Assembly: GCF_018977255.1 (NCBI RefSeq)
Contig: NW_024704746.1
Span: 68,076,001-68,140,000 of the forward strand
Direction: 5' to 3'
Length of the DNA: 64,000 bases
Origin: Callorhinchus milii
Taxonomy: Eukaryota
The notes under the pieces were generated by a model that made no database searches, had not been told where the DNA came from, and saw only the letters and a program-made list of their open reading frames with translations. The position numbers were made by a program, and so were the translations under genes. Shown in pieces: positions 31,461-45,600 of this stretch; within the stretch, counting starts at the first letter, position 1; each line of letters starts with the position of its first letter.

Positions 31461-33004
31461 CAGGAGAGGACAAGAGCTACGGAATTCGGAATAAGAAGTG
31501 GTAATAAAATGTGCCATTTACCGAGTTACAGTGATTCATCCAACGTTCACTGAATTCGTCTGAAAGGTACACGTTTCTTTTTTTGTCCTCGTTGGATTTA
31601 CAGGACACTGCATCGGGAGCCGCTGAAGTAACTGCATAAACTGTAAAACAGAATATTTAACACAAAGTTAAACTAAACAAATATTCCGTATACTTTTTTA
31701 AAAGGTCAATTTAAATACCTTGGGTGTCCTCCTGGCTCAGTTGATAACATTCTCACCTTCTGAGTCAGAATATTGTGAATTAAGGGAACCTATTGGGGAC
31801 TTTGAAATAATAGTCTACGCCAACACCCCATTGCAGTGCTGGGGGGAGCCCTGTATTGTTAGAGATAGTGTCTCTTGGATAAGTCGTTAAAATTGGTCCT
31901 GTCTACCTGTTCAGGTGGACCTTAAGGATCCCAAAGGACTACAGGGGAGTCAGGCTCTGCCAGTGTTAAGTGCTCGGAGATGCTGCCCTGGGCGGAGGCC
32001 GCTATATAAGTGTAAGTTATTGTTGTTGGATTGAAGAAGGGAAACAAGTTTCTCCTGGTGTCCTGGCCAACAATCCCTCAGATAAAGATGGTCATTCACT
32101 TCATGATGTCGCTCACAAAATACAGCCAAATCACCTTACAATGTGTCCTGTGAAGCACTTTGAGACATCTCAAAGACATGATAAGGCGCTGTACCAAATG
32201 CCAGGACTATTATTATTATCAAATCCCGTTTCTATTTCCTTGTGGCAAACAGTGAGAACACAAAATGCACAACTGACCTTTGATATTGTTTGGGAGGCTC
32301 TGGAACATTGATCCGGAATGACATGCACTAAGGTATATCACCATCTGAAAATATTTTTATTATTTTATTTAAATGGCCTTAAATTGCTAAAGAGTAAAAG
32401 GAACAAAAGTATACAATCGTAGAAACATATTCTAACAAATACAGAATCAGAATCTGTCAGCGGAGGTTTCTTACTTTGCCGAACTGTTTCCTTTCTGCCA
32501 TTTTTTTTATTGCATCCATGAAATCCTTTTCAGTCAACTGTTTGAAAGACAACATAGAGAAGGTCAAACAGAGGTTCAGCTCCAGAAACTCTTTCCCATC
32601 CTTTCACAATCCCTATCTTACTGTCTTCCATTACATAATTGAGCTATTCCTTAAAAGTATTCAGTATCCTGTCTCAACTACTGTTTCAGGTAGAAAAAAA
32701 AGAAAACATATATATATTTTGATTTGCTAATGGATCAGCCAGGTGTCCGACACATGCAGAAACCATCACAGCAGAGTCTCCAAACCAATGTGTCCCGGCA
32801 CAAGGAAACTCCCATCTCGGAATGGAATCTCTCTCCGGAAGGGTGGACCCCACTTATAGAATTCCAGAGTGTATTAGCCACTGTGCTGCTGGAGACTAAC
32901 CAGATTGTCATTGAAAGCACTGTTTGACAACTTTCCCATTGCTTGCCCGGCTTTGGCTTGCAGGGTCAACAGGAGGAGAGGGAAAACTCCCTGTCCCTAC
33001 TACC

Positions 33005-33380
33005 ACCAACAACAACAAGATTACATGTGTATAGCGCCTTTCACGTTGGGAGATCGTCCCAAGGCGCTGGACAGTGAACAGCATTTCAGACCTGAGCTGG
33101 GGTCAGGGGAGGCGAATGGAGGGGTGGGGAAGTGGCCGATGCCATGGTCGAAGAGGAGGGTCTTGAGGTCGGACTTGAAAGAGGATAAGGAGGGGATGAG
33201 GTGGAGTGACTGGGGGATGGAATTCCAGAGGTTGGGGGCAGAGTGGCTGAAGGCTTTCCCACCTATGGTGGGGCGGGGGACGTGGAGCAGACCAGAGCCG
33301 GCTGAGCGGACCGAACGGGCGGGTTGGTAGGGGGTTAGGAGGTCGCAGAGATAGGGTGGGGCAAGGCCATGGAGGGCCTA
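33005..33380 (-). mobile_element. L2 3' fragment present only in copy A
   Basis: (AAC)n tail + atagcgcctttcacgttgggag; empty site near 62185 in B. Confidence 0.8.
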
Positions 33381-33986
33381 AGTCCTACCAAGTCAAACTG
33401 ATGAGGATACTGGCTGGTCTATCATCAGCAGGGCTTAAATAGTGGCTCAGAAACAGACAACTGAGACCACACAGAGGATTGTCTTGATTCTGACATTCCC
33501 TTGTCAACCATACCATGTTGGAGCCAGATCAGCTCCAAGGAGATACTGCTTAACACCCCCCCCCCCCTTCCCCACCCATCTGCACCCATCCAACCCCCAT
33601 CCCCAACCACTCCCCAGGAAGATAGTTATTTATTTATCATTTGGCAATGGCAAAAGCAAGTTTGAGCCCTCACCTCGGTAAGGTGACCTCCCACCACGCT
33701 GAACGCAGATGTCTGTTACCTAAGTGTCAAAATGACCGACTAATGACTACAGAAAGCAGGGTCCCAAAACAGCCCTGAGGTGAATGATCAATTCATTAGG
33801 AATATTGTTGGCCAGGCACCAGGAGAAACTCCATAGTTTTTTGCTCCCAAAGGATAACAAAGGTTAGTTGACTATTTTGAATATTTCTCAATGGCTGTCA
33901 GGTAAGAGATGGAGCTATCTTAGAGGGATTTTCCCAAGGTTGGCGTTGAGGGGCATTTTTAAGCAGAGAAATGCAATGCATGATCT

Positions 33987-34011
33987 NNNNNNNNNNNNNN
34001 NNNNNNNNNNN
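33987..34011. other. Assembly gap (25 N)
   Basis: Run of n at the A/B junction. Confidence 1.
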
Positions 34012-37000
34012 ATAATAATAATAATCCTCGCATTTGATATAGCGCTTTTCACGTCGGGAGGACGTCCAAAGCGCTTCACAGAACACACTGTAAAGTGAAT
34101 TGACTGTATATTGTGGGCGAACGCGGCAGCCAATTGCGCACAGCAATGTCCCACAAACAGTCGTGGATTGAGTGACCAATTTCTTATTGTTTGTGGTGTT
34201 TGAGGGTTATTATTAGGCTCTGTGTGGGTGGGGGCACTGCCCGAGGTGTCCCTCTGACTCCAATTGAGCTTTTTCGGGGAAAACAAAACTAAAACAAAAC
34301 AAGTGTCGGAGCTGTCAATCACCAGCGGCCCCGCCCCCGTGTCCCTGCCATTGGCCAACGGGAGCTGCCGCGGCTTCCTATTGGCCGCCAACCCGTCAAT
34401 CAACGCTCCCTCCGCCCCCCACCACAGCCTTGTTTCCCGACTGCGAACATTGGGGAACTGATCAGAGGTTCGCGGACCCCAAACCCTCAGCGACTGTCCT
34501 CCCTGTGTCCCCCCCCCCACCCCCCCACACCCCCCTGTGCCTGAGCCCCGGGACCCCCCCCTGTGTCCCCCCCCCCCCCTGTGCCTGAGCCCCGGGACCC
34601 CCCCCTCCCTGTGTCCCCCCCCACCCCCCACCCCTGTGCCTGAGCCCCGGGACCCCCCCCCTCCCTGTGTCCCCCCCACCCCCCCCACCCCCTGTGCCTG
34701 AGCCCCGGGACCCCCCACCCCCTGTGTCCCCCCCCACCCCCTGTGCCTGAGCCCCGGGACCCCCCCTCCCTGTGTCCCCCCCCCCACCCCCCCCTGTGCC
34801 TGAGCCCCGGCACCCCCCCCTGTGTCCACCCCCACCCCCCCTGTGCCTGAGCCCCGGGACCTCCCCCCTGTGTCCCCCACCACCCCCCTGTGCCTGAGCC
34901 CCTGGACCCCCCCTCCCTGTGTCCCCCCCCCACCCCCCCCTGTGCCTGAGCCCCGGCACCCCCCCCGTGTCCACCCCCCACCCCCCCTGTGCCTGAGCCC
35001 CTGGACCCCCCCCTCCCTGTGTCCCCCCCCAGCCCCCCTGTGCCTGAGCCCCGGGACCCCCCACCCTGTGTCCCCCCTCCACCCCCTGTGCCTGAGCCCC
35101 GGGACCCTGTGTCCCCCCCCACCCCCCCGTGCCTGAGCCCCGGTAACCCCTGTGTCCCCCCCCACCCCCTGTGCCTGAGCCCCGGGACCCCTGTGTCCCC
35201 CCCCCACCCCCCTGTGCCTGAGCCCCGGGACCCCCCCTGTGTCCCCCCCCCCACCCCCCCTGTGCCTGAGCCCCGGGACCCCCCCCCTGTGTCCCCCCCA
35301 CCACCCCCCTGTGTCCCCCCTGTGCCTGAGCCCCGGGACCCCCCCCCTGTGTCCCCCCCACCACCCCCTGTGTCCCCCTGTGCCTGAGCCCCGGGACCCC
35401 TCTCTCCCTCTCTCTGAGCTTCTGGTGAGTACCTTATTGTAGTCGCTGGGAATCGGCAATAATGCGCTGTGTGTGTGGGTGCGGGTGCGGGTGGGGGGTG
35501 TGGGGGTACGGGGGCGGGTACGGGGGGGTGGGGTGTGTGGGGTGCGGGTGTGGGGGTGCGGTGGGGGTGGGGGGTACGGGGGGGGTGGGGGGGTGCGGGT
35601 GGTGGGGGGTGCGGGTGGGGTGTGGGGGGCGGGTGGGGGGGTATGTGAGGGTGCGGATGGGGGTGGGGGGTGTGTGGGGGTGGGGGGTGTGGTGTGGGGG
35701 TGGTGTGTGGTGGGGGTGCGGGTGGGGGTGGGGGGGTGTGTGGGGGTGCGGGTGGGGGTGGGGGGTGTGTGGGGGTAGGGGTGGGGGGTCTGTGGGGGTG
35801 GGGTGTGTGTGGGGGGTGCGGGTGGTGGGGGGTGTGTGGGGTACGGGTGGGGGTGGGGGGTGTGTGGGGGTGCGGGTGGTGGGGGTGTGGGGTACGGGTG
35901 GGGGTGGGGGTGTGTGTGGGGGTGCGGGTGGTGGGGGTGTATGTGGGGGTACGGGTGGGGGTGGTGTGGCGGGTGGTGGTGGGGGTGTGTGTGGGGGTGC
36001 GGGTGGGGGGGGTCTCAAGGCTGCGTTCTCATCCACAGATGGTGGTGGGAGTCAGAAGTGTAAAGTGACTGTGTTTTCGCTTTGTGGATGTGGCCCAACG
36101 GCCAATTTAAACTAAAGCGAAACTGAAAGTCCTTTCAGGGAAAATAAACACTAATGGGAGTTGGAGAACAACACCCAAAGCAGAGCCTGACCCGGAGGGT
36201 CTGCTCCGGCCACGGACACGTGTGCTGCTGAACGGGAGCAGTTGAACCATTTGTAGGTGTCACACGTGTAGAGACAGTGGAGAACCGCACGAGAGGCCTC
36301 GAGGGAGATATGGCTGTGAAAACGGCTTTTAGTGAGAATATCATCAAACAGACGCTTTAGACGTTGACGAGAGCCAAAGGGTACGGCTTCCGTCGTGTCA
36401 ACGTTCAGCTGAAGGAAATTTACGCTCATCCAGTCCCTGAGGTCTGACAGGCGGAACATCAGGGGACTGGGGGGGCGCAAAGTGAGGTGGAAAAATAGAG
36501 TTGGGTGTCGTCCACATACATGTGGAAGTGTACCCAATGTCTGCGGATGACATCCCTAAGAGGGAGCATGTAGATTAGGAAGGGGCGGGGGCCCAGGATG
36601 GATCCTTGGGGTACCCGCAGGTGACCGGGTGAGAGCGGGAGGAGAAGCCGTTTGTGCAGATGTACTGCTGGTGGTTTCTGAGATAGTAATAGTAATAGTA
36701 ATCCTTGCATTTGATATAGCGCTTTTCACGTCAGGAGGACGTCCCAAAGCGCTTCACAGAACACACTGTAAAGTGAAGTGACTGTATATTTGTGGGCGAA
36801 CGCGGCAGCCAATTGCGCACAGCAATGTCCCACAAACAGTCGCGGATTGAAAATGACCAATTTATTATTGTATTGTTTTTTTGGAGGAATTCTTATTATT
36901 ATTATTATTATTATTATTATTAGGGCTCTGTGTGTGGGGTAAGGAAACTCGCCCGAGGTTTGGCCCTGACTGACCCCCCGGGGATCGAACCCGGGTCTCT

Positions 37001-40000
37001 CACTCGCAAAGCGAGTGCTCTAACCCCTGAGCCACAGGACTCCCCCCGAGCGACAGCACTGATTGCAGTGCCACAAGTGACACCAATACAACACGGTGTC
37101 ACAGCTTCAAATAGGTGGTTCCTATTTGTGACCGAGACTTCACAGAGAAACACAAGTATGAGATAATAATAATAATAATAATCCTCGCATTTGATAAGCG
37201 CTGTTCACGTCGGGAGGTCGTCCCAAAGCGCTTCACAGGACACACTGTAAAGTGAATTGACTGTATATTTGTGGGTGAACGCGGCAGCCAATTGCGCACA
37301 GCATCGAGATAGGACTCGAACCAGCGAGTGCGGCCCCACTGAGGTGGATGACGGAGGAAAGGCGGTGGAGGAGGATTGCGTCATAACATAACATAACATG
37401 TAGGAGCAGGAGGAGGCCATTCGGCCCTTCGAGTCTGCCCCGCCATTCAATCATGGTGATCTTCTAATCTAACTCCAGCTAATGACCTGACGCTGCCTTA
37501 TCCCCATATAATAATAATAATAATAATAATAATCCTTGCATTTGATATAGCGCTTTTCACGTCGGGAGGACGTCCCAAAGCGCTTCACAGGACACACTGT
37601 AAAGTGAATTGACTGTATATTTGTGGCGAACGCGGCAGCCAATGCGCACAGCAATGTCCCACAAACAGTCGTGGATTGAGTGACCAATTTCTTATTGTTT
37701 GTGGTGTTTGAGGGTTATTATTAGGCTCTGTGTGGGTGGGGGCACTGCCCGAGGTGTCCCTCTGACTCCAATTGAGCTTTTTCGGGGAAAAACAAAACTA
37801 AAACAAAAGTGTCGGAGCTGTCAATCACCAGCGGCCCCGCCCCCGTGTCCCTGCCATTGGCCAACGGGAGCTGCCGCGGCTTCCTATTGGACGCCAACCC
37901 GTCAATCACCGCTCCGCTCCGCCCCCACCACAGCCTTGTTTCCCGACTGCGAACATTGGGGAACTGATCAGAGGTTCGCGGACCCCAAACCCTCAGCGAC
38001 TGTCCTCCCTGTGTCCCCCCCCCACCCCCCCTGTGCCTGAGCCCCGGGACCCCCCCCTCCCTGTGTCCCCCCCCACCCCCCCTGTGCCTGAGCCCCGGGA
38101 CCCCCCCCTGTGTCCCCCCCACCCCCCCTGTGCCTGAGCCCCGGGACCCCTACCCCCCTGGCCTGAGTCCCGGGACCCCCCCCTCCCTGTGTCCCCCCCC
38201 ACCCCCCCCCCCTGTGCCTGAGCCCCGGGACCCCCTACCCCCTGGGCCTGAGTCCCGGACCCCCCCCTCCCTGTGTCCCCCCCCCCCCCCTGTGCCTGAG
38301 CCCCGGCCCCCACCCCCTGTGCCTGAGCCCCGGGACCCCTGTGTCCCCCCCCCCCCCCCTGTGCCTGAGCCCCGGGACCCCCCCCTGTGTCCCCCCCACC
38401 CCCCTGTGCCGAGCCCCGGGACCCCCCCCCCTGTGTCCCCACCCACCCCCTGTGCCTGAGCCCCGGGACCCCCCCCCCCTGTGTCCCCCCACCCCCCTGT
38501 GCCTGAGCCCCAGGACCCCCCCCCCTGTGTCCCCCCCCACCCCCCTGTGCCTGAGCCCCGGGACCCCCTCTCTCCCTCTCTCTGAGCTTCTGGTGAGTAC
38601 CTTATTGTAGTCGCTGGGAATCGGCAATAATGCGCTGTGTGTGTGGGTGTGGGTGCGGGTGGGGGGTGTGGGGGTACGGGGGGGGTACGGGGGTGGGGTG
38701 TGTGGGGTGCGGGGGTGCGGGTGTGGGGGTGCGGTGGGGGGTACGGGGGCGGGTGGGGGGGGTGTGGGGGTGCGGGTGGTGGGGTGTGCGGGGAGGGGTG
38801 GGTGGGGGGGGGGGGGTGTGGGGTGCGGGGGGGGGGTATTAAGGGTGCGGATGGGGGTGGGGGGTGTGTGGGGGTGCGGGTGGTGGGGGTGTGGGGTGGG
38901 GGTGGGGGGTGTGTGGGGGTGGGGTGGGGGGTGTGTGGGTTGGCGGTGGGGGAGTGTGTGGGGGTGCGGTGGGGGTGGGGGTGTTTGTGGGGTGATGCGG
39001 GTGGTGGGGGGTGTGGGGGGGCGCGTGGTGGGGTGTGTGTGTCGGGTCGGGTGGGAGTGTGTGTGGGGGTGCGGTAGGGTGTGTGGGGGTACGCGTGGGG
39101 GTGGGGGTGTGTGGGGGTACGGGTGGGGTGGGGGGGTGTGTGGGTGCGGGTGGGGGGGGTCTCAAGGCTGAGTTCTCATCCACAGATGGTGGTGGGAGTC
39201 AGAAGTGTAAAGTGACTGTGTTTTCGCTTTGTGGATGTGGCCCAACGGCCAATTTAAAGTAAAGCGAAACTGGAAAGTCCTTTCAGGGAAAATAAACACT
39301 AATGGGAGTTGGAGAACAACACCCCCAAAGCAGAGCCTGACCCGGAGGGTCTGCTCGGGCCACGGACACGTGTGCTGCTGAACGGGGAGCAGTTGAACCA
39401 TTTGTAGGTGTTCACACGTGTAGAGACAGTGGGAGAACCGCACGAAGGCCTCGAGGGAGATTATGGCTGTGAAAACGGCTTTTAGTGAGAATATCATCAA
39501 ACAGACGCTTTAGACGTTGACGAGAGCCAAAGGGTACGGCTTCCGTCGTGTCAACGTTCAGCTGAAGGAAATTTACGCTCATCCAGTCCCTGAGGTCTGA
39601 CAGGCAGAACATCAGGGGACTGGGGGGGGGCGCAAAGTGAGGTGGAAAAATAGAGTTGGGTGTCGTCCACATACATGTGGAAGTGTACCCAATGTCTGCG
39701 GATGACATCCCTAAGAGGGAGCATGTAGATTAGGAAGGGGCGGGGGCCCAGGATGGATCCTTGGGGTACCCGCCAGGTGACCGGGTGAGAGCGGGAGGAG
39801 AAGCCGTTTGTGCAGATGTACTGCTGGTGGTTTCTGAGATAGGACTCGAACCATGCGAGTGCGGCCCCACTGAGGTGGATGACGGAGGAAAGGCGGTGGA
39901 GGAGGATTGCGTCATAACATAACATGTAGGAGCAGGAGTAGGCCATTCGGCCCTTCAGTCTGCCCCGCCATTCATCATGGCTGATCTTCTAATCTAACTC

Positions 40001-42565
40001 CAGCTAATGACCTGACGCTGCCTTCTCCCCATATCCCTTAATCCCTTTTGCAATAAGAAATCTATCTCAGTCTTGAATATGTTCGAGGACTGAGCGTCAA
40101 CAGCCCTTTGGGGTAGTGAGTTCCATACATTCACTGCCCTTTGAGTGAAGAAGTTCTTCCTCAACTCAGTGCGAAAGGGCTGCCTCTGATTTTAAGGTTG
40201 TGAACCCCTGGTTTTAGTTTCTCCAACCGGGGACACAATCTCCCACTGTCTACTCTATCATTGCCCTTTGATGATCTTGTAGGTTTCTATAAGATCCCCT
40301 CTAATTCTTCTATATTCTAGAGAATATCGGCCCAAATTGGTCAGCCTATCCTCGTAACTCATCCCCTTCATCCCTGGTACTAACCGAGTAAATCTACGCT
40401 GCACCCCCTCCAAGGCAAGTACGTCCTTCCTTAAATAAGGAGACCACAACTGCACACAGTATTCCAGGTGTGGTCTCACAGGGCCCTATACAGTTGCAGT
40501 AAGACTTCCCTACTCTTATACTCTAACCCTTTCATAATGAATGCTAACATACCGTTCGCCTTCCTAATTGCTTGCTTGCAGTAATCGACTGTGCCGAATG
40601 CGGCGGAGGTTCAGGACGAGGAGGCAGAGGGAGCCCTGGTCACAGATAGAGGGGATGTCGTTTGAGACTTTCACAAGCGCAGTCTCTGTCCTGTGAGAAG
40701 GTAGGAAACCTGACTGGAGGGGTTTGAAGAGGGAGCGGGAGGAGAGGTGCGCGCGGAGTTGATTGGCAACAACGCGTTCTAAGATTTTGGCGAGGAAGGG
40801 CAGTGGGTGTGTGTTTCACTGTCAATAAAGGTACTGATCCCTTGTTTGGTTTTAAAGTGAAACAAGAGGAACTCAAGGGTGTGTCTTAATATTATTAAAA
40901 AAAATACACATACTGCAGTATATAATATAAATATCTGCATGTGAGTGTGCTCGATACCCGAGCTGAGCATCCACTGTACAGAAGAGCTGGATGTATACAG
41001 GAACTAAAGTCACTAAAATTGATAGTGCCTCGTTATCTTAATTTAGCTGACATTTTAATGTGTTAATAACTATGAAACCAAGAATTTAATCTAATCTGAG
41101 AATACTTTTTAGAGTTAAGGTGGTTGGCAGTCTAAAGCAGAGCGGGTTGAGGGGAGCAGGGAATATTATGTTGTCAGATGTGCCTTCCTTTCTGTGAGAA
41201 GTTACACCAAAATTGTTCAGGTGAATCTTAAAGTATCTTAACAATTTTGCATCTGCCGACACAGCCTCCTCTGGTGGTTCCGCCAGTCTATTAGTTCACG
41301 ATAATTCCTTTAATTCACTTTTCATGTCTTCTCTCCATACTCACAATAGCTCTTACAGTATAAAATCAATCAAAAACCCATGGATTTTAACTCATCCACT
41401 GGGGTGTTGAATTGGAGAGCGATCGAACCCTAGTTGCATAAAAGTTTTAAAAAAATTGTTTTCTGTGCTTCAGTACCACCAGACATTCAGTCACAAACAC
41501 ACTGAAAGAAACATCCGTGGCTTGGTATGTCGATATACTTGCTTATGATTTTCATTCCATTCCATTTCCATTACATTTCATTCAAATTAGTTCACCGCAA
41601 TTCCTTTAATTCACTGTTCATGTCTTCTCTCCATACTCACAAAACAACAACATTTTTGTATACTCTGACTTTCCAAGTACAGCATCAATCACAGACCCAT
41701 GGATTTGAATCCATCCACTTGGGTGGTGAATTGGGCGACCAAATCCTAGTTGCATAAATAATAATAATAATAATAATCCTTGCATTTGATATAGCGCTTT
41801 TCACGTCGGGAGGACGTCCCAAAGCGCTTCACAGAACACATTGTAAAGTGAATTGACTGTATATTTGTGGGCGAACGCGGCAGCCAATTGCGCACAGCAA
41901 TGTCCCACAAACAGTCGTAGATTGAAAATGACCAATTTATTATTGTTTTTGGTTTTGGAGGGATTATTATTAGGCTCTGTGTGGAGTAAGGAAACTTGCC
42001 CAAGGTTTGGCCCTCTGCCTGGAATTGAACTCAGGTCTCTCACTTGCAAAGCGAGTACTCTAACCACTGAGCTACAGGACTCCACAAGATTGTTTTCTGT
42101 GTTTCATTATCACCAGATTCACACAAGCACCACATTGAAACTGAAAGAAACGTTTGCATGGCTTGCATGTCAATATACTAACGGCTTGTTTCATTCCTGT
42201 ATTCTCTCTCCTAATGATCTAGATGTCACTTCATGACCTCCAAATAGGCCAAAGGTGCTTGTTTGATGTGGGTCCAAAACATTTCCATTTTCATGACCAA
42301 GGCCAATCAAGAGTTCAAGACCAGATCAAGATTTCTATCCCCATCATCCTATTCTGGTAACGACTTTCTGTTTCAGATTCTTCAGCTCCTCCTGCGAGAA
42401 TGTTTCAGAACTCGTGTGTGGTTCCGCACTCACTGACACTGTGCATCATGTTCCTAATTCTCTTTGATGAAAATCTCTTTATTTCTCGCATCAGATTTAG
42501 CCACTGTATCAAAGGGCACTCGGTAACCCCTTTTTATTCTCTTTATTGCAGATCTCCCAATAAAG

Positions 42566-42617
42566 ATGGAATTTCCTTTAAACAAAACGTTCACAATATT
42601 GATATTCTCATTGTTTG
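42566..42617 (+). CDS. Copy B signal peptide exon
   Basis: Same sequence as the copy A exon; donor gtgagt at 42618. Confidence 0.8.
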
Positions 42618-45600
42618 GTGAGTGTAGTCTTTATGCTGTGTATCTGTCTGTATGATATCCCTTTTCTATTTATTTAACTGACTTGCCATGACCTGATAAG
42701 CTAGAAACACCATCAATAATCGTTATCAATACTTCACCAGTAAAATCCATCCAAACAGCACATTAATCAATATCATCCATGTGGTTTTGTCCACATAATG
42801 GTGAGCACATTTAGAAGGTCCATGTTCAGTTTTTAGCTCTCCAGGAAGAATATCATGGAGATGGGAAGGGTGCAGCGCAGATTTATAGGATCACATGATG
42901 TACGGGACACTACGTTTATAGTGAGGCGAGTTAACTTGAAGCTTTCTCACTGGACCAGAGGAGTTTGAAAGGGGACGTTGTAGAGTTGTTTAAGATTCTG
43001 AAACATGACAAAATAAATAGGGAAAAGGTTTCCTTTAGTTGAGGAATCACTGACAAGGATTGTTAACAGAGAAATCAGGGGAGAAGTTTGAAGTAATTTC
43101 TTCACCAAGAGAGTTTTTGGGGTGTGGAATTAATTACAAGCTATTGAGGCCAACTTAATAGGATCATGTAAAAGTGAACTGGGTAAGTGGAGTGAAATGT
43201 TAAGGAATATGGGGGAAGTGAGATTAATAAAAAGAGCAACTTTATACAAAAAAAATCACGGTGGCATAGATGTAGAACCAGCTGCCCGAAGCAGTGGTAG
43301 AACCAGATGGTATAAATGGATTTAAGTTGAAGCTAGATCTACACGTAAGGGAGAAGGGAACAGAAGGGCATGGCAGGCGATAAGTGATGGGTAGAGAATC
43401 ATGTGGGGTACACATCGGCATGGACTCATTGGGCCAAATGGCCTGTTTCTCTGCTGTACTGCGTATATCCCTATCACCCTCATCCTTGTCCAACTCCACT
43501 GACTTCCCATCACACAGAGGATACAGTTCAAGATCCTGGTCCTCACTTTCAAAGCCCTCCATGGCCTTACTCCCCCCTTCTTCTCTGACCTCCTAACCGC
43601 CTACCACCCTGTTCGCTTCCTCCGCTCATCAGGCTCCGGCCTACTTCACGTCGCCCGCCTTGCTAGCCCCACTCTGCAGCCACCCTCTAGAAATCCATCC
43701 CGCTGTCTCTTCGCCTTGCCACCTCCCTCGCCATCTTCAAGTCCTTCTTCGACTGTGCTTTCGATCTTCCCGCTTCCCCCCCGCCCTCCACCTTCCCCCA
43801 CCCCAGGCTCGGCTCCGTAACTCTGTCTGTCCAGCGCCTTGGGTCATCCTCCCGACATGAAAGGCGCTATACAAATGTAATTCTGTTGTTGTTGTATGTA
43901 AATATGATGGGCTAAAAATCTGAAAATTACCTTCTTTGTTGATAATTGCAAGTTAATACTTTAACTGCTGAGTTTCCAGTGATTATGGGAATTCGAGGTT
44001 CCATGATTAGGAACTTATGTTTAATTCACCGTGATACAGAAATAAACACTAATAATATTAATAATCTTTGCATTTGTTAGAGTGTCTTAACAACAACAAC
44101 AACAAGATTACGTAACCACGCTGTTGAGATGCTTCACAGGATGTAAAAGTAATTAAGCTGTGATGTGTAGTGGGAATAGCTATTGCTATGGATATGGAGC
44201 AAAGACATGTAATTGGAGTTGAGATACAGATCAGCCATGATCTTATAGAATGATGGAACAGGCTTGAGGTCCTGAATGGCCTTCTCCTGCTTCTATGTTT
44301 CTATCACAGTAGAGCTTCAATGGGGAAGCAAATACATGATGGGTGGATATCATCTTTCAGTGCTGTAAACTAACTAGGATTCTAGCACTGTAATTAACTA
44401 TATCAACTTGTAACTTTTTAGGTGAGGTGTCTTTGTACATGATATCTGAAGTCGTCGGCAGAGATGTATTGCTGCCCTGTCTCTTTACACCAGAATCCAA
44501 TCTTGATCCTGAGAAACTGATCATCAACTGGCAAGGGACAGACGACAACTCAGTGGTTCACAGTTTCTACAGTAACGTTGACCATCCAGAGTATCAGAAT
44601 CAGAAATTCAGAGGAAGAACACAGCTGTTTCCCAAAGTCATTCTAAATGGAAATGCTTCACTTCAACTGAGAAGGCTGACTTTATCAGACAATGGGAACT
44701 ACACATGCTACGTTATTCAACATGATGATCATGCCTATGTCAAAATTGTGGTAGAACTCAGAGTGCTTGGTAGGTATTTAGAAATCTTGCAGCAACAACA
44801 AGAATAGGAGGGTCTTGAGACATACCTTGAAGGAGGCAAGGGAGACAGCGAGGCAAAGGGACTGTGGGATGGAGTTCCAAAGGGTGGGAGCAGAGAAGCT
44901 GAAGGCCCGGCCACCGATTTTGGGGTGGGCAAGACGGGATCTGGAGCAGCTCAAGAGTAGTTTGTTTCTTGAGGGGGTGGGCAGACATCTGACATTTACA
45001 GCGGTTGTGCACCCACGTGATGAGTGGGTGTATTGTTCACTTTTGATGATTCCGTGAGTCATTTGCAAGAATATGAATGTTTGTTGCAGGTGACAGGGAG
45101 GAAGGTTGTGTTATCCAATAGAAAGGTTTTTAAGAACTACAAAAAAGCTTCAAAGTTAAAACTGAATTCATCAATTCTGGACACTCTGAGAAGCTAATGT
45201 CAATACAGAAAACCGAGACCGAGGCAGAATTTTGCCCCAAACATCGATAAACAACACTAGCAACTTTAAATGAGGAAGGAGAGGAAGTATTTTTCCATAA
45301 ACAGCTAAAATTTGAATGGACTAATGGGTTACATCAAAACATATTCTGCATGTTTTAAGAGATACGAGATTTAAGATAAGTGAGCAGGATGTGAACATGT
45401 AGATGCAAATATCCGAGTCACACTGCACAGTGCTCCAAGTCAGAGAGCCAGTACGTCTACAGCAAAATACCCAAGGCAGAATTATCTACATCTACACAAT
45501 ACATACACAACACAACCAAGTCAGAGAGTATACATAACTTCATGAACAAGGAAGACGAACTTTAAAATGTTAAAATGTCACAGTGATTAACTGTCATGTC

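Larger units (their letters stand above)
3253..33550 (+). repeat. Segmental duplication copy A (~30.3 kb)
   Basis: Colinear with 34012-62335 at an offset of ~30.6 kb (signal exon +30621, IgV +30616, NACHT +30584). Confidence 0.95.
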
